A stretch of DNA of 64,000 bases from Arthrobacter sp. (GTDB taxonomy: Bacteria; Actinomycetota; Actinomycetes; Actinomycetales; Micrococcaceae), in contig JBKJVX010000255.1 of NCBI GenBank assembly GCA_046717065.1, positions 9,833 through 73,832 of the forward strand. Reading direction: 5' to 3'. Every line of letters begins with the position of its first letter. The first letter of the stretch is position 1. The notes under the pieces are model-generated. The model worked only from the letters and a program-made list of their open reading frames with translations. It searched no databases and had not been told where the DNA came from. The translations under genes were made by a program, and so were the position numbers. Positions 37,707 to 49,623 of the stretch are shown in pieces.

Positions 37707-39173
37707 ATGATTGCATTTACTGCGGCGGAGATCGCCGAAATCACTAACGGGCGCCTGGACGCCGATCCCGGGATCACGCCCCTTTCGGTGGTCACGGACT
37801 CACGCGAATCCACACACGGTTCGCTCTACGTCGCAAAGCCGGGTGAGCACGCGGACGGCCACGACTTCGTGGCAGCCGCCTTCGCGGCAGGCGCCACCCT
37901 GGCCCTGGTGGAGCGTCCGGTGTCCGCACCGGACGGGACCCCCTATCCCTCGGTGCTGGTACCGGATGCCGTGCTGGCGATGGGGGCACTGGCCGCAGAG
38001 GCCGTGCGCAGGATCCGTGCTGCGCGCAACAGGGAAGGCAGCGAACTCACAGTGGTGGGCATCACCGGCTCGGCCGGAAAGACCACAACCAAGGATCTGC
38101 TCGCAGGAATTCTGGCAACCCAGGGGAGTACCGTTGCGCCGCAGGGGTCCTACAACGGCGAGATCGGCGTTCCGCTCACAGTCTTCCGCGCCGGAACAGA
38201 CACGCGCTACCTCGTGATCGAGATGGGCGCCACGGGAATCGGCCACATCCGTTACCTCGCGGAGATGGTTAGGCCCGATATCGGCGTAGTGCTCGCCGTG
38301 GGAACTGCCCACGCGGGGGAGTTCGGGGGAGTGGACAACATCGCCCTGGCCAAAGGGGAGCTTGTTGAAGCCCTTGCCCCGGCAGGCACCGCCGTCGTAA
38401 ACCTCGACGACGAGCGGGTGGCCGCAATGCGCGCCCGCACGTCGGCGTCGGTACTTGGATATTCCGCGGAAGGCCGCGGGGACGCTGCCGTACAAGCACT
38501 TAACGCGGACACCAATGCCGGGGGGCATCCCGAATTCGACCTCCAGCTGCCGGACGGCGAAACCGGCCTGCACGTCAGCAGCCGCCTCATCGGCGCGCAC
38601 CATGTAGGCAACCTCCTGGCCGCCGCAGCCGCAGCGTGGGCTGCGGGGGTGCCCGGACAGGCCATAGCCAACTCCCTCAGCAGTCAGACTGCCGCCAGCC
38701 GGTGGCGCATGGAGCGCACCGAGCGGGCAGACGGCGTCACCATCATCAACGATGCCTACAACGCCAACCCCGAATCCATGCGTGCCGCCCTGCGGACACT
38801 GGCGGACCTGGGCCGTGGCAGGCGCACCTGGGCCGTGCTCGGAGCGATGCTGGAACTCGGCGAGGACTCCATCAGGGAACATACCACCGTCGGCACCCAG
38901 GTGGTCCGGCTCAACATCTCCCGCCTGCTGGTGGTCGGCCGGGAAGCCCGGGCGCTGTATGTGTCAGCGGTGCAGGAGGGCTCCTGGGGCGATGAATGCC
39001 TTTTCGCGGAAACAGTGGACGAGGCCTACGAACTGCTGGACTCCGAACTTCAGCCAGGCGACCTGGTGCTGTTCAAGTCCTCGAACAGCGTGGGACTTCG
39101 CCATTTGGGCGATCGGATAGCATTACCCCGACAAACCCCGCAACCCGCCGATGAAAGGAGCACTCTGCTGTGA
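37707..39173 (+). CDS. murF: UDP-MurNAc-tripeptide:D-Ala-D-Ala ligase
   Basis: [34 protein letters not shown]. Confidence 0.95.
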   Translation: MIAFTAAEIAEITNGRLDADPGITPLSVVTDSRESTHGSLYVAKPGEHADGHDFVAAAFAAGATLALVERPVSAPDGTPYPSVLVPDAVLAMGALAAEAVRRIRAARNREGSELTVVGITGSAGKTTTKDLLAGILATQGSTVAPQGSYNGEIGVPLTVFRAGTDTRYLVIEMGATGIGHIRYLAEMVRPDIGVVLAVGTAHAGEFGGVDNIALAKGELVEALAPAGTAVVNLDDERVAAMRARTSASVLGYSAEGRGDAAVQALNADTNAGGHPEFDLQLPDGETGLHVSSRLIGAHHVGNLLAAAAAAWAAGVPGQAIANSLSSQTAASRWRMERTERADGVTIINDAYNANPESMRAALRTLADLGRGRRTWAVLGAMLELGEDSIREHTTVGTQVVRLNISRLLVVGREARALYVSAVQEGSWGDECLFAETVDEAYELLDSELQPGDLVLFKSSNSVGLRHLGDRIALPRQTPQPADERSTLL

Positions 39174-40279
39174 TTGCACTTTTGATCGGCGCCGGCCTGG
39201 CACTCTTATTCGCCCTGGTGGGGACGCCGCTCTTTATCCGGCTGCTGGTCCGCCGCGGCTACGGCCAGTTCATCAGGGACGATGGTCCCACCTCGCACCA
39301 CACAAAACGCGGCACACCCACCATGGGCGGGACAGTCGTGGTGACGGCGGTACTGCTGAGCTACGGCCTCACCCACCTGATCATGCTGATGGTGAACCCG
39401 GACTCTCCGGGCCCCTCCGCTTCGGCCCTCATCCTGCTGTTCCTCATGGTGGGAATGGGCCTGGTGGGATTCCTGGACGACTTCATCAAGATCTCCAGGC
39501 AGCGCAGCCTCGGCCTGGACGCCAAGGCAAAACTGATCCTTCAGGCTGCAGTAGGCATCATCTTCGCGGTCCTTGCCCTGAACTTTCCCAACGAGGCCGG
39601 CGTCACGCCGGCCTCCACTAAAATTTCCCTGGTCCGTGACCTGCCCTGGCTGGACCTTGCCTTCGGCGGAACTGTCCTCGGGGCCATCCTCTTTGTGGTC
39701 TGGTCCAACCTGATTGTCACCGCCGCAACCAATGGCGTAAACCTGACCGACGGCCTCGACGGCCTTGCCGCAGGTGCCTCTGTGATGGTGTTCGGCGCGT
39801 ACACGCTGATGGGAATCTGGCAGAGCAACCAGGCCTGCGGCTCTCCCCGCCAGGCCGGCAGCGGTTGCTATTCAGTCCGTGATCCCCTCGACCTTGCGCT
39901 GCTGGCAGCCATTATGAGCGCCGCGCTGGTGGGCTTCCTGTGGTGGAACACTTCGCCGGCCAAGATCTTCATGGGCGATACAGGTTCGCTGGCCATTGGC
40001 GGCGCCATCGCCGGTTTCGCCATCCTGTCCCGGACCGAACTGCTGCTGGGCATCATCGGCGGACTGTTTGTCCTGATCACCCTGTCCGTCATCATCCAGG
40101 TGGGCTACTTCAAGGCCACCGGCGGCAAGCGTGTCTTCAAGATGGCCCCGCTGCAGCATCACTTCGAACTGCAGGGCTGGGCGGAAGTGACAGTGGTGGT
40201 CCGGTTCTGGATCCTGGGCGGGCTCTTCGTCGCTGTCGGGCTCGGCATTTTCTACGCTGAATGGGTTGTGCTGCTGTGA
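39170..40279 (+). CDS. mraY: Phospho-MurNAc-pentapeptide transferase
   Basis: [41 protein letters not shown]. Confidence 0.96.
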   Translation: MIALLIGAGLALLFALVGTPLFIRLLVRRGYGQFIRDDGPTSHHTKRGTPTMGGTVVVTAVLLSYGLTHLIMLMVNPDSPGPSASALILLFLMVGMGLVGFLDDFIKISRQRSLGLDAKAKLILQAAVGIIFAVLALNFPNEAGVTPASTKISLVRDLPWLDLAFGGTVLGAILFVVWSNLIVTAATNGVNLTDGLDGLAAGASVMVFGAYTLMGIWQSNQACGSPRQAGSGCYSVRDPLDLALLAAIMSAALVGFLWWNTSPAKIFMGDTGSLAIGGAIAGFAILSRTELLLGIIGGLFVLITLSVIIQVGYFKATGGKRVFKMAPLQHHFELQGWAEVTVVVRFWILGGLFVAVGLGIFYAEWVVLL

Positions 40280-41838
40280 CCGTTTCCTCCCGCCTCAAGA
40301 ACCTCACCAGTTGGGACTCCGACTGGTACGGACTCCGGGTAGCCGTGACCGGCATCGGCGTCTCCGGTTTCGCGGCGGCCGACACCCTCATCGAACTGGG
40401 TGCCCGCGTGGTGGTGGTGGACGCCGCCACCAGCGCTACGGCCAAGGCCCACGCTGAAACCCTGAAAATCGTAGGTGCAGCCGATGTTCTGCTCGGCGAG
40501 GATGCAGTTACCCGCATTCCCAGGATCGACGGCGAACTTCCCGAACTCATCGTGACCTCACCGGGGTGGCGCCCGGACCAGGCCCTCCTGGCGGCCGCCG
40601 CCAGGGCGCACATCCCGGTGTGGGGCGACGTCGAACTCGCCTGGCGCGTACGCGTGCGGGAAGGCCGCAAGACGGCGGATTGGCTTGCCATCACGGGAAC
40701 GAACGGTAAGACAACCACTGTCGGCCTCACCGAATCCATGCTGCGCGCTGCCGGGCTGAAGGCCATCGCCGTCGGCAACGTTGGCACCCCTATCCTTGAC
40801 GCCCTCCGCGATCCTGTGGAGTACGACGTCTTCGCCGTCGAACTCTCGAGCTTCCAGCTCCACTGGGCGGAGTCGCTCTCGCCCGTGGCCAGCGTCTGCC
40901 TGAACGTCGCCGAGGACCATGTTGACTGGCACGGCTCCTACGATTCCTACCTCGCCGACAAGGCGAAGGTCTATGAGCAGACCCAAAAGGCCTGCATCTA
41001 CAACGCCGAGCAGATTGAAACTGAACGCATGGTGGAAAATGCCGATGTGATGGAGGGCTGCCGCGCCGTCGGTTTCACCACTGTCACCCCGGCCATCAGC
41101 ATGCTCGGCGTGGTGGAGGGACTGCTCGTGGACCGGGCGTTCATTGCCGAACGCAAGGACAGTGCAGCGGAGCTCGCTTCGATGAGCGACCTGGGGGCCT
41201 TTGCGCCGCGCCACATGGTGGCCAACGCCTTGGCCGCCGCAGGGCTGGTACGCGCCTACGGGATCGAGGCGAAGGCCGTGCGCCAGGGCATCCAGGACTA
41301 CATCCCCGGTGACCACCGCATCCAGCCCGTGGCCCGCCAAAATGGTGTGCTGTGGGTTAACGACTCCAAAGCCACGAACCCCCATGCGGCGGCAGCCTCG
41401 CTGGCTACGTTCAGCAACGTCATCTGGATCGCCGGGGGCCTCTCCAAGGGAGTGACCTACGACGACCTCGTCCGGGAGCACGTCCAGCGGCTCAAGGCAG
41501 TGGTCCTCATCGGAAGCGACACCTCGGCGCTCACGGAGGCCCTCCAGCGACACGCACCGGATGTCCCCGTGATCACCCCGGGAACGGGTGAAACTGAAGA
41601 GGTGCAGACTGCCGAAGCGGCTGGCGCCGTCCAAACCGGCACTTCCGTGCCCGGTGAAACGGTGATGGCCAGGGCCGTAGCGTCAGCAGCGCAGCTCGCC
41701 GAATCCGGCGATACTGTGCTGATGGCTCCGGCAGCTGCTTCCATGGATCAGTTCTCTTCCTATGCTCACCGTGGTGACACTTTCATCGAAGCTGTCCGCG
41801 AGCTGGTGGAAGGGCAGGCCCAGACCGGCGAGGAGTAA
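40276..41838 (+). CDS. murD: UDP-MurNAc-L-Ala:D-Glu ligase
   Basis: [38 protein letters not shown]; GTG overlaps mraY stop. Confidence 0.95.
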   Translation: MTVSSRLKNLTSWDSDWYGLRVAVTGIGVSGFAAADTLIELGARVVVVDAATSATAKAHAETLKIVGAADVLLGEDAVTRIPRIDGELPELIVTSPGWRPDQALLAAAARAHIPVWGDVELAWRVRVREGRKTADWLAITGTNGKTTTVGLTESMLRAAGLKAIAVGNVGTPILDALRDPVEYDVFAVELSSFQLHWAESLSPVASVCLNVAEDHVDWHGSYDSYLADKAKVYEQTQKACIYNAEQIETERMVENADVMEGCRAVGFTTVTPAISMLGVVEGLLVDRAFIAERKDSAAELASMSDLGAFAPRHMVANALAAAGLVRAYGIEAKAVRQGIQDYIPGDHRIQPVARQNGVLWVNDSKATNPHAAAASLATFSNVIWIAGGLSKGVTYDDLVREHVQRLKAVVLIGSDTSALTEALQRHAPDVPVITPGTGETEEVQTAEAAGAVQTGTSVPGETVMARAVASAAQLAESGDTVLMAPAAASMDQFSSYAHRGDTFIEAVRELVEGQAQTGEE

Positions 41839-41840
41839 CA

Positions 41841-43199
41841 ATGGTCAGCACGCCAACGCGCCCGCAGCCAGCCAAACAGCAGCCAGCTAAGCAGCAGGCC
41901 GGCAAGCCACGCCCCGGCTCCTCGGCAACGGCCGGCGCGCGCCAGTCAGCGGCGACCGCCCGCCTCCGGACCGTCTACCGCCGGTTCTGGTCTGCGCTGG
42001 AGGGGACCGGGACCTCGCGGAACGGCTCCACGTACTACCTCATCCTGGGATCCACCCTGGCACTGACGGCCATCGGCATCATGATGGTGCTCTCGGCCTC
42101 CAGTGTTGAATCCATTGCAGCCGGAAAATCGCCGTACGGCGACGCCCTGAAGCAAGGCATGTTTGCCGCCATCGGCATCTTCACCATGTTTGTGCTCTCC
42201 CGGATCAACGTCACTTGGCTTAAGCGGCTCGCCTGGCCGGCGATCGGGGCTGCGGTGGTCCTGCTTGCCCTGGTGCAGGTGGTCGGCGACGAAGTCAACG
42301 GCAACAAAAACTGGATTGACCTCGGCGGCATCACCTTCCAGCCGTCGGAAGCATCAAAACTTGCCTTGGCGCTCTGGATGGCGACGGTCCTGGCCATGAA
42401 GGGAAAGCTGCTCAGCCGGGCAGTGCATGTGTTCGTCCCGGCAGTCCCGATGGCCGTCATTATCGTTGGCCTGGTCCTGGTCGGAAACGACCTCGGCACC
42501 GCCATGATCATCATGATGATTACGGCTGCCGCACTTTTCTTTGCCGGGGCACCTCTCTATCTCTTCGGCATCGCAGGCCTTGCGGCTGCCGCCGGAACGG
42601 CTGTTATGGCGGTGACCAGTTCAAACCGCATGTGCCGCATCACGTCCTGGTGGACAGGTGAGTCCTGCGCCAATGGCATCGATGCCAACTACCAGGCCAC
42701 CAACGGGCTCTACGGCCTGGCCTCCGGCGGTTGGTTCGGGGTGGGCCTGGGGCAAAGCCGGCAGAAATACAGCTGGATCCCCGAAGCCCACAACGACTTC
42801 ATCTTCGCCATCATCGGCGAGGAACTCGGACTGGTGGGCACCGTCGTCGTCCTCGTCCTCTTCGCCATCCTCGGTGCAGCCATTTACCGGGTGGTGGTGG
42901 CGCAGGAAGGCATGTTCCACCGGGTGCTGGCCGGCACCATCATGGTGTGGCTGCTCGGCCAGGCAACTGTAAACATGTCAGTGGTGACCGGGCTGATGCC
43001 CGTTATCGGCGTGCCGCTGCCCTTCATTTCCTATGGCGGGTCCGCCCTGCTGATGTCCCTTTGCGCCATCGGAGTGGTGCTCTCCCTGGCCCGCGAGCAG
43101 ATGGCCCCGGCGATCCGGCCCAAACGGATGCTGAAATTCAAGGCCAAGCAGGCCCGCGCCACGGCGCCCAAGAAGAAGACTGCAAGAAAGCGTGCCTAA
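41841..43199 (+). CDS. ftsW: SEDS-family PG polymerase FtsW
   Basis: [43 protein letters not shown]. Confidence 0.95.
   Translation: MVSTPTRPQPAKQQPAKQQAGKPRPGSSATAGARQSAATARLRTVYRRFWSALEGTGTSRNGSTYYLILGSTLALTAIGIMMVLSASSVESIAAGKSPYGDALKQGMFAAIGIFTMFVLSRINVTWLKRLAWPAIGAAVVLLALVQVVGDEVNGNKNWIDLGGITFQPSEASKLALALWMATVLAMKGKLLSRAVHVFVPAVPMAVIIVGLVLVGNDLGTAMIIMMITAAALFFAGAPLYLFGIAGLAAAAGTAVMAVTSSNRMCRITSWWTGESCANGIDANYQATNGLYGLASGGWFGVGLGQSRQKYSWIPEAHNDFIFAIIGEELGLVGTVVVLVLFAILGAAIYRVVVAQEGMFHRVLAGTIMVWLLGQATVNMSVVTGLMPVIGVPLPFISYGGSALLMSLCAIGVVLSLAREQMAPAIRPKRMLKFKAKQARATAPKKKTARKRA
41865..41906 (+). repeat. 15-bp coding repeat (QPAKQ) in FtsW N-terminus
   Basis: CAGCCAGCCAAACAG / CAGCCAGCTAAGCAG / CAGGCCGGCAAG. 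Confidence 0.7.
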
Positions 43200-43206
43200 G
43201 CCTCAT

Positions 43207-44307
43207 ATGACGTCCCAGAATCCCTCCATTGTCCTGGCGGGCGGCGGAACCGCCGGCCACATCAGTCCACTCCTCGCCATCGCGGCTGCCGTCCGCACGG
43301 CAGCCCCAAGCGCCGCCATCCTTGCGGTGGGAACACCGGCAGGAATGGAAACCCGCCTGGTTCCCGCCGCCGGTGTGGAGCTGGCGACGATTGACCGCGT
43401 GCCCTTCCCAAGAAAACCTTCCGTAGACCTCCTTCGCCTCCCTGGCCGGCTCGGCGTTGCTGTGCGGCAGGCAGGCGCCATCCTGGACAAGGCCGGCGCG
43501 GACGTCGTGGTGGGCGTCGGCGGTTACGTGTGCACGCCGATGTACCTCGCCGCACGGAAACGCAGTATCCCGATCGTGATCCATGAGGCCAACATGCGGC
43601 CCGGCCTGGCGAACAGGGTGGGCGCCCTGTTCACCAAGCGCGTGGCAGTGGCTTTCGACACCACCCCGCTGAAGGGCGCCCTGCACGTGGGCATGCCCAT
43701 GCGCACTGAAATTTCGCACCTCGACCGGACGGCTGCCCGCACCGCAGCCCGGGAGGCACTGGGATTGGATGCCGCCAAGCGCACACTGATCGTCACGGGC
43801 GGTTCGTCCGGTGCGCAGAGCATCAACCGGACCATCGCCGCCTCCCTCGGGCAGCTGGCCGACGCCGGCATCCAGACCCTGCACATCACCGGGCGGGGCA
43901 AGTCAATCCTGGACGACGGCGGCAGGCCACTGGCCGCCGACGGCTATCGGCAGGTGGAGTACATCGACGGGATGGAGCTGGCCTACGCCGCGGCCGATGT
44001 GCTGCTGGCCCGTTCAGGTGCGGCGACGGTGTGCGAGATTGCCGCCGTCGGTGTGCCGGCCGTCCTGGTCCCGCTGCCCATCGGCAACGGGGAACAGGCG
44101 CTCAACGCGGCGGGCCTCGTTGCCGCCGGCGGCGCCGTGCTCGTTGCCGACCGGGACTTCACGTCCGGGTGGGTGGGCAGCGAACTCATCCCCCTCGTCA
44201 CCGATGAGTCCCGCCTCGCCGCCATGGCAGCCAATTCGTACCGGCTTGGCATCCGAAACGCCGACCAGCGCATGGCTGGTCTTGTCCTGGAAGCGGTATC
44301 CGCATGA
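43207..44307 (+). CDS. murG: Lipid II GlcNAc transferase
   Basis: [36 protein letters not shown]. Confidence 0.95.
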   Translation: MTSQNPSIVLAGGGTAGHISPLLAIAAAVRTAAPSAAILAVGTPAGMETRLVPAAGVELATIDRVPFPRKPSVDLLRLPGRLGVAVRQAGAILDKAGADVVVGVGGYVCTPMYLAARKRSIPIVIHEANMRPGLANRVGALFTKRVAVAFDTTPLKGALHVGMPMRTEISHLDRTAARTAAREALGLDAAKRTLIVTGGSSGAQSINRTIAASLGQLADAGIQTLHITGRGKSILDDGGRPLAADGYRQVEYIDGMELAYAAADVLLARSGAATVCEIAAVGVPAVLVPLPIGNGEQALNAAGLVAAGGAVLVADRDFTSGWVGSELIPLVTDESRLAAMAANSYRLGIRNADQRMAGLVLEAVSA

Positions 44308-45680
44308 GTTCCGTCAGTAACCCCGGCCTTGCAGCCCTGGGCAAGGTCCACTTCGTCGGCGTCGGCGGCGTGGGCATGTCCGCCGTCGCGCGGATTATGG
44401 TGGCCCGCGGTGTACCGGTGAGCGGCTCTGACGCCAAGGACCTTCCTGTCATGGCCGACCTTGCTGCTGCCGGTGCACGCATTAGCGTTGGATACGACGC
44501 AGCAAACATGGCGGACGCACAGACCGTGGTGGCGGGTTCCGCCATCCGGGCGGACAACCCGGAAGTGATGGCAGCAAGGGAAGCAGGTGTGCCGGTGCTG
44601 CACCGCTCCGTTGCCCTGGCCGCAACCATGGGGGAGGACGTGGTGGTGACCGTGGCCGGGACGCACGGCAAGTCCACCACTACCTCGATGGTCGCTGTCC
44701 TGTTGCAGGGGGCCGGCCTGGACCCCTCCTTTGCCATCGGCGCCAATGTTCCGGCCCTTGGCGTCAATGCCGCGTCGGGAACATCAGGGATTTTTGTGGC
44801 CGAGGCAGACGAATCGGACGGGTCCTTCCTCAACTACCGGCCCAGGATCGCGGTGGTGACCAATGTGGAGCCGGACCATCTGGACTTCTACGGCACCGCG
44901 GAGGCAGTCTATGAGTCCTTCGACCGCTTCACCGCCCTGCTGCCGGCTGACGGCGTGCTGATCGCCTGCGCCGATGATGCCGGGGCACTGGCCCTCGCAG
45001 AGCGGACCCGTGCCCGCGGCAACACCCGCGTGGTGCTCTACGGGACAGGCGCTGAGGCAGAGCTGGTGCTTCACGACGGCGGCCCCGGAGACGTTGCGGT
45101 GTCCACACCGGCCGGCGGTTTTCAACTCGAACTGCAGGTGCCCGGCAGGCACAACGCCCTCAACGCTGCGGCCGCCTTTGCCGTGGCCCTTGAACTGGGC
45201 GTCGAACCGGCAGTGGCTGCCGGTGCCCTGGCACAGTTCTCGGGGGCTTCACGGCGCTTCGAGCTGAAGGGCCAGGCACGGGGCGTGCGGGTCTTCGACG
45301 ACTACGCCCACCACCCAACTGAAGTCCGGGCAGCCCTTGCCGCGGCCCGCTCGGTAGCCGGCAGCCACAAGGTGCATGTCCTGTTCCAGCCGCACCTGTT
45401 CTCGCGGACCAGGGAATTCGCCCGTGAGTTCGCTGAGGCGCTGAACCTCGCCGATACTGCCTGGGTGCTGGATGTCTACCCCGCCCGTGAGGATCCGATT
45501 CCCGGCGTCACGAGCCAGCTCATCGCTGACCACCTGGACGACGGCGGGCGGCTGGTCCGCGCCGCGGACGCCGTGGCTGCCCTCGCCGCCGCCGCGAGCG
45601 ACGGGGACATCGTCCTTACGGCTGGCGCTGGTGATGTGACGGCATACGGGCCGCAGATCGTCGAGGCCCTGGGTGCCTAG
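44304..45680 (+). CDS. murC: UDP-MurNAc:L-Ala ligase
   Basis: [44 protein letters not shown]. Confidence 0.96.
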   Translation: MSSVSNPGLAALGKVHFVGVGGVGMSAVARIMVARGVPVSGSDAKDLPVMADLAAAGARISVGYDAANMADAQTVVAGSAIRADNPEVMAAREAGVPVLHRSVALAATMGEDVVVTVAGTHGKSTTTSMVAVLLQGAGLDPSFAIGANVPALGVNAASGTSGIFVAEADESDGSFLNYRPRIAVVTNVEPDHLDFYGTAEAVYESFDRFTALLPADGVLIACADDAGALALAERTRARGNTRVVLYGTGAEAELVLHDGGPGDVAVSTPAGGFQLELQVPGRHNALNAAAAFAVALELGVEPAVAAGALAQFSGASRRFELKGQARGVRVFDDYAHHPTEVRAALAAARSVAGSHKVHVLFQPHLFSRTREFAREFAEALNLADTAWVLDVYPAREDPIPGVTSQLIADHLDDGGRLVRAADAVAALAAAASDGDIVLTAGAGDVTAYGPQIVEALGA

Positions 45681-46689
45681 CTCCCGCCGCCCCACGTATG
45701 CTTCCACCGGCAGGCGTCCTGCCGGTGGGAACACTGCCGCTGGCAACACCGCCGGTGGCAACACTGCCGCGGGCAACACTCCCGGCCGGAACCCGCGCCC
45801 CGGCACCGCCGGGCGGGATGCGGGCAGCGGCCCTGACGTCATTTCGGCCTCGCGGCCGGTAACCGAGCCCGCTCCGCAGTCGCCCAAAGAGGCGAAGAAA
45901 ACCAGGTTCGCGGGCCGAAAGAAGGAAAACCCCGCGGAAACCTCCACTGCTTCCGGGGGCCCTGCCGGCAATGTGCTGGCGTTTCCGGAACCCAAGGGCA
46001 AGCGGCGTAAACGGAAAGTACTGGCCGTGGCAGGCACCCTGGTTGCGGTCGTGGCCGCGCTGCTGGCCGCGGCGGTCTTTTCCCCGGTCCTTGCCGTGAA
46101 TACGATCTCAGTTTCCGGGACCCGCCTGCTGACGCCTGCCCAGGTGCAGACTGCGCTGGAACCCCTGCGCGGGAAGCCCCTGCCCCAAATCACGGATGAG
46201 GAAGTCGGGCGCCTCCTTGAACCGCTGGTCCAGGTCAAGTCCGTCTCCGCTGAAGCACGCCCGCCGTCGGGCCTGGCGGTAGAGGTTCGCGAACGCGTGC
46301 CCGTGGCGCTGGTCAAGCAGGGGGAGCAGTACCAGCTGGTCGACGTCGAGGGCATCCAACTGGCAGCTACCAGCGACCCCGCGTCCGTCTCCCTGCCGGT
46401 GATTGACGGCGGTGCCGGCACCATCGGCAAGGAGCTCTTCCGTGCCACCGCGGAGGTGCTGGGCGCCCTTCCGGCAGATGTGCTCGCCAAGCTGTCCAAC
46501 GCTTCAGCACAGTCAGTGGACGCCGTGGAACTCAAACTCGTGGACGGCCAGACCATCATCTGGGGCAACGCGGGGGAGAAGGAACTTAAGGCCAAAGTAC
46601 TGGCCGCCCTCCTCAAGGTCCCGGCGGATCCCAAAAACCCGGTTAAGGTATACGACGTGAGCGTGCCGCGGCACCCGGTGACCCGCTGA
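45673..46689 (+). CDS. ftsQ: Cell division protein FtsQ/DivIB
   Basis: Low-complexity cytoplasmic N-terminus, TM, POTRA-like domain, YDVSVP C-terminus. Confidence 0.9.
   Translation: MPSSRRPTYASTGRRPAGGNTAAGNTAGGNTAAGNTPGRNPRPGTAGRDAGSGPDVISASRPVTEPAPQSPKEAKKTRFAGRKKENPAETSTASGGPAGNVLAFPEPKGKRRKRKVLAVAGTLVAVVAALLAAAVFSPVLAVNTISVSGTRLLTPAQVQTALEPLRGKPLPQITDEEVGRLLEPLVQVKSVSAEARPPSGLAVEVRERVPVALVKQGEQYQLVDVEGIQLAATSDPASVSLPVIDGGAGTIGKELFRATAEVLGALPADVLAKLSNASAQSVDAVELKLVDGQTIIWGNAGEKELKAKVLAALLKVPADPKNPVKVYDVSVPRHPVTR
45727..45786 (+). repeat. 15-bp coding tandem repeat x4 (GNTAA/GNTAG/GNTAA/GNTPG) in FtsQ
   Basis: GGGAACACTGCCGCT, GGCAACACCGCCGGT, GGCAACACTGCCGCG, GGCAACACTCCCGGC. Confidence 0.85.
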
Positions 46690-46789
46690 CACGCTTTCTT
46701 TTCGGTATTAATCCGACACGCGGAGCCGGTTATTGAATGTGTGAACCAGAGGAAATACCGTCACAGACATGAGTTACTTGACATAACTA

Positions 46790-46817
46790 TAACCTTCAAC
46801 TCGAAGGTTAAGGTTGC
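46790..46817. promoter_or_regulatory. Palindromic operator upstream of ftsZ (candidate FtsR site)
   Basis: TAACCTTC-AACTC-GAAGGTTA perfect 8-bp inverted repeat, continuing AGGTTG. Confidence 0.55.
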
Positions 46818-46873
46818 AGGCACTAAGCTCTTCATCAGATTTCGCAATAAGACACGAACAAGGGACACGTAAC

Positions 46874-48106
46874 GTGGCAGCTCCGCAGAATTACTTGGCC
46901 GTCATCAAAGTCGTCGGCATCGGCGGCGGTGGCGTGAACGCAGTCAACCGCATGATCGAGGTCGGCCTCCGAGGTGTTGAATTTATCGCCATCAACACTG
47001 ACGCCCAGGCCCTGCTGATGAGCGATGCCGACGTCAAGCTGGACGTGGGACGCGAGTTGACCCGTGGCCTCGGGGCGGGCGCGAACCCCGAGGTGGGCAA
47101 GCAGGCTGCAGAGGACCACGCAGACGAGATCGAGGAAGTGCTCCGCGGGGCCGACATGGTCTTCGTCACCGCAGGCGAAGGCGGTGGAACGGGTACCGGC
47201 GGCGCTCCCGTCGTCGCGCGCATTGCCCGGTCCCTCGGAGCCCTCACCATCGGCGTGGTGACCCGCCCGTTCACGTTCGAAGGCCGGCGCCGTGCAGGTT
47301 CCGCTGAGGCCGGCATTGACGCCCTGCGCGACGAAGTGGACACGCTGATCGTGATTCCGAACGATCGCCTCCTCTCCATCAGCGACCGCAACGTCTCAGT
47401 CCTGGACGCCTTCCGTTCCGCTGACCAGGTGCTGCTCTCCGGTGTCCAGGGCATCACTGACCTCATCACTACTCCGGGCCTGATCAACCTTGACTTCGCG
47501 GACGTCAAGTCCGTGATGCAGGGTGCCGGTTCCGCCCTTATGGGCATCGGCTCCGCCCGGGGCGAGGACCGCGCCGTCAAAGCCGCAGAGCTTGCCATTG
47601 CCTCGCCGCTGCTGGAAGCCTCCATCGACGGAGCACACGGTGTGCTCCTGTCCATCCAGGGCGGTTCGGACCTCGGCCTGTTCGAGATCAACGAGGCCGC
47701 ACGCCTGGTCCAGGAAGTTGCGCACCCGGAAGCGAATATCATCTTCGGTGCCGTCATCGACGACGCCCTCGGCGACGAAGCCCGCGTGACGGTCATCGCA
47801 GCAGGGTTCGACGACGTCAAGGCCACCTCGCCGTCCATGGACCAGTCCCAGCCCCAGGTTGCTCCGCAGCGGCCGGCAGCCGTTGCCCCGGCACCCGCCC
47901 AGGCCCCTTCCGCCGGGAACCACTCGATGAACGTCCAGCCGGTCCACGCAGGCGTCGGCGCAGCCGGCCTCAGCAATTGGGGGCAGCAGCGCCCCTCCGC
48001 TGTCCCCGCCGACTCAGGCTTCGACGTCGACCTCCCCTCCGTGGTGGAGCCGGACCTCACCGGCAGCCACTCGGATGACCTGGATGTCCCCGATTTCCTG
48101 AAGTAG
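46874..48106 (+). CDS. ftsZ: Cell division GTPase FtsZ
   Basis: GTG start [20 protein letters not shown], tubulin signature [15 protein letters not shown]-terminal LDVPDFLK. Confidence 0.98.
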   Translation: MAAPQNYLAVIKVVGIGGGGVNAVNRMIEVGLRGVEFIAINTDAQALLMSDADVKLDVGRELTRGLGAGANPEVGKQAAEDHADEIEEVLRGADMVFVTAGEGGGTGTGGAPVVARIARSLGALTIGVVTRPFTFEGRRRAGSAEAGIDALRDEVDTLIVIPNDRLLSISDRNVSVLDAFRSADQVLLSGVQGITDLITTPGLINLDFADVKSVMQGAGSALMGIGSARGEDRAVKAAELAIASPLLEASIDGAHGVLLSIQGGSDLGLFEINEAARLVQEVAHPEANIIFGAVIDDALGDEARVTVIAAGFDDVKATSPSMDQSQPQVAPQRPAAVAPAPAQAPSAGNHSMNVQPVHAGVGAAGLSNWGQQRPSAVPADSGFDVDLPSVVEPDLTGSHSDDLDVPDFLK

Positions 48107-48113
48107 GCCCGGC

Positions 48114-48803
48114 TTGTTCCACTGGCGTGCCGAAACCCGGCCCGGAGTGTCTGTCGCCTTCACTGACGCTGCCGCCGGAAACCTGGCACTGCACGTGGGT
48201 GACGATCCTGCAGAGGTGGCCCGGCGCCGCGCGGACCTGGAACAGACCATCGGCGTCGCCCCGCACCGCCTGCGGTTCATGAACCAGGTCCACGGCACCA
48301 CGGTCGCGGTCATGGCACGGGAAAGCCCCGCACCCGAGGCCGACGCCATGGTTTCCCAAGGCCTTCCGCTGGCCGTTATGGTGGCCGACTGCATTCCTGT
48401 CCTGCTGGCAGGGGAATCCGCGGAAGGGCCGGTCCTGGCTGCTGTTCACGCAGGCCGGCCAGGCCTGGCCAACGGTGTCATTCCGGCCGCGGTGGCCCGA
48501 ATGGAGTCCTTTGGTGCCTCCGGCGTCCGCGCCTGGTTGGGACCGTCCATCTGCGGGAACTGCTACGAGGTACCGGCCGGGCTGCAGGCCGAGGTGGCCG
48601 CTGCCGTGCCGGCAACACGAAGCACAACGTCGTGGGGCACTCCGGCGCTGGATTTGCCGGCCGGTGCCCGGAGCCAGTTGGAGCGGTTGGGTGTCAGCGT
48701 GGAGTACTGCGGACCCTGCACGCTTGAGACGGACTCCCTCTTCTCCTACCGACGGGACAAAAACACCGGACGCTTCGCAGGAGTGGTGTGGTGCCATGAC
48801 TGA
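48114..48803 (+). CDS. pgeF: Polyphenol-oxidase-like purine nucleoside phosphorylase / PG editing factor (YfiH)
   Basis: NLALHVGD, MNQVHG, VADCIP, HAGR, FSYRRD..TGR. Confidence 0.92.
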   Translation: MFHWRAETRPGVSVAFTDAAAGNLALHVGDDPAEVARRRADLEQTIGVAPHRLRFMNQVHGTTVAVMARESPAPEADAMVSQGLPLAVMVADCIPVLLAGESAEGPVLAAVHAGRPGLANGVIPAAVARMESFGASGVRAWLGPSICGNCYEVPAGLQAEVAAAVPATRSTTSWGTPALDLPAGARSQLERLGVSVEYCGPCTLETDSLFSYRRDKNTGRFAGVVWCHD

Positions 48804-49533
48804 CACCGGGGCAGTAGGGGACGCACGGACCGAGGAGCTCAAAGCCCGGCTTGATGCCGTCCGCCGCCGCATCAGTGCGGCAGCGGTTTCTGCGGGCAGG
48901 GAAGGCAACCTGCCCACCTTGATCGTGGTCACAAAATTCCATCCGGCAGAAGACATCAGGCGGCTCGCCGCCCTTGGTATTACCGACGTCGGCGAAAACC
49001 GGGCTCAGGAAGCGGCGGCAAAGGCCGAACAGTTGGCGGAGTGCGGACTTGCCTGGCACTTTGTGGGGCAGCTGCAGACCAAAAAGGCCAAGTCCGTGCT
49101 CCGGTACGCAGCAGCTGTCCATTCGGTGGACCGGCCGCAGCTCGTGGACGCCCTGGCCAAGGCAGCCGAGGCGGAACGGGACACTACTGGACGGGCGCCT
49201 CTGGAGTGCTTCATACAGGTCAACCTGGAGGACGACGCCGGAACGCACCGCGGCGGCGCCGCTCCCGCTGATGTTGGGATGCTTGCAGAACGGATAGCAG
49301 CAGCCGGGAGCCTTAATCTTGCCGGGGTGATGGCGGTTGCACCTTTGGGCGCCCCGCCCGGGCCCGCCTTCGAAAGGCTCGGCGCAGTGTCTGCCGGCCT
49401 CGTGGCCGAGCATCCCGCTGCGACTGCAATTTCGGCCGGCATGAGCCAGGACCTGGAAGCTGCCATCCTGTTCGGGGCGACACACCTGCGAATCGGTTCC
49501 GATATTCTCGGATCGCGTCCTGCTGTGGGGTAG
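48796..49533 (+). CDS. yggS: PLP homeostasis protein
   Basis: VVTKFHP, GENRAQE, WHFVGQLQTKK, SAGMSQD, HLRIGS. Confidence 0.93.
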   Translation: MTDTGAVGDARTEELKARLDAVRRRISAAAVSAGREGNLPTLIVVTKFHPAEDIRRLAALGITDVGENRAQEAAAKAEQLAECGLAWHFVGQLQTKKAKSVLRYAAAVHSVDRPQLVDALAKAAEAERDTTGRAPLECFIQVNLEDDAGTHRGGAAPADVGMLAERIAAAGSLNLAGVMAVAPLGAPPGPAFERLGAVSAGLVAEHPAATAISAGMSQDLEAAILFGATHLRIGSDILGSRPAVG

Positions 49534-49623
49534 CGTCGGTCCTATTGGAAGTGATGGGCGGGGGACTCCAGTGCTGTCAAGTCATTGGGCGGCCCGCTTA
49601 ACGGACACGATTAGGAGTCGACC

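Noticed and set aside
46814-46873. 20-aa N-terminal extension of FtsZ from a TTG in the ORF track
   Set aside because: Conserved FtsZ start VAAPQNYL begins at GTG 46874 after AAGGGA; the upstream part is promoter/UTR.
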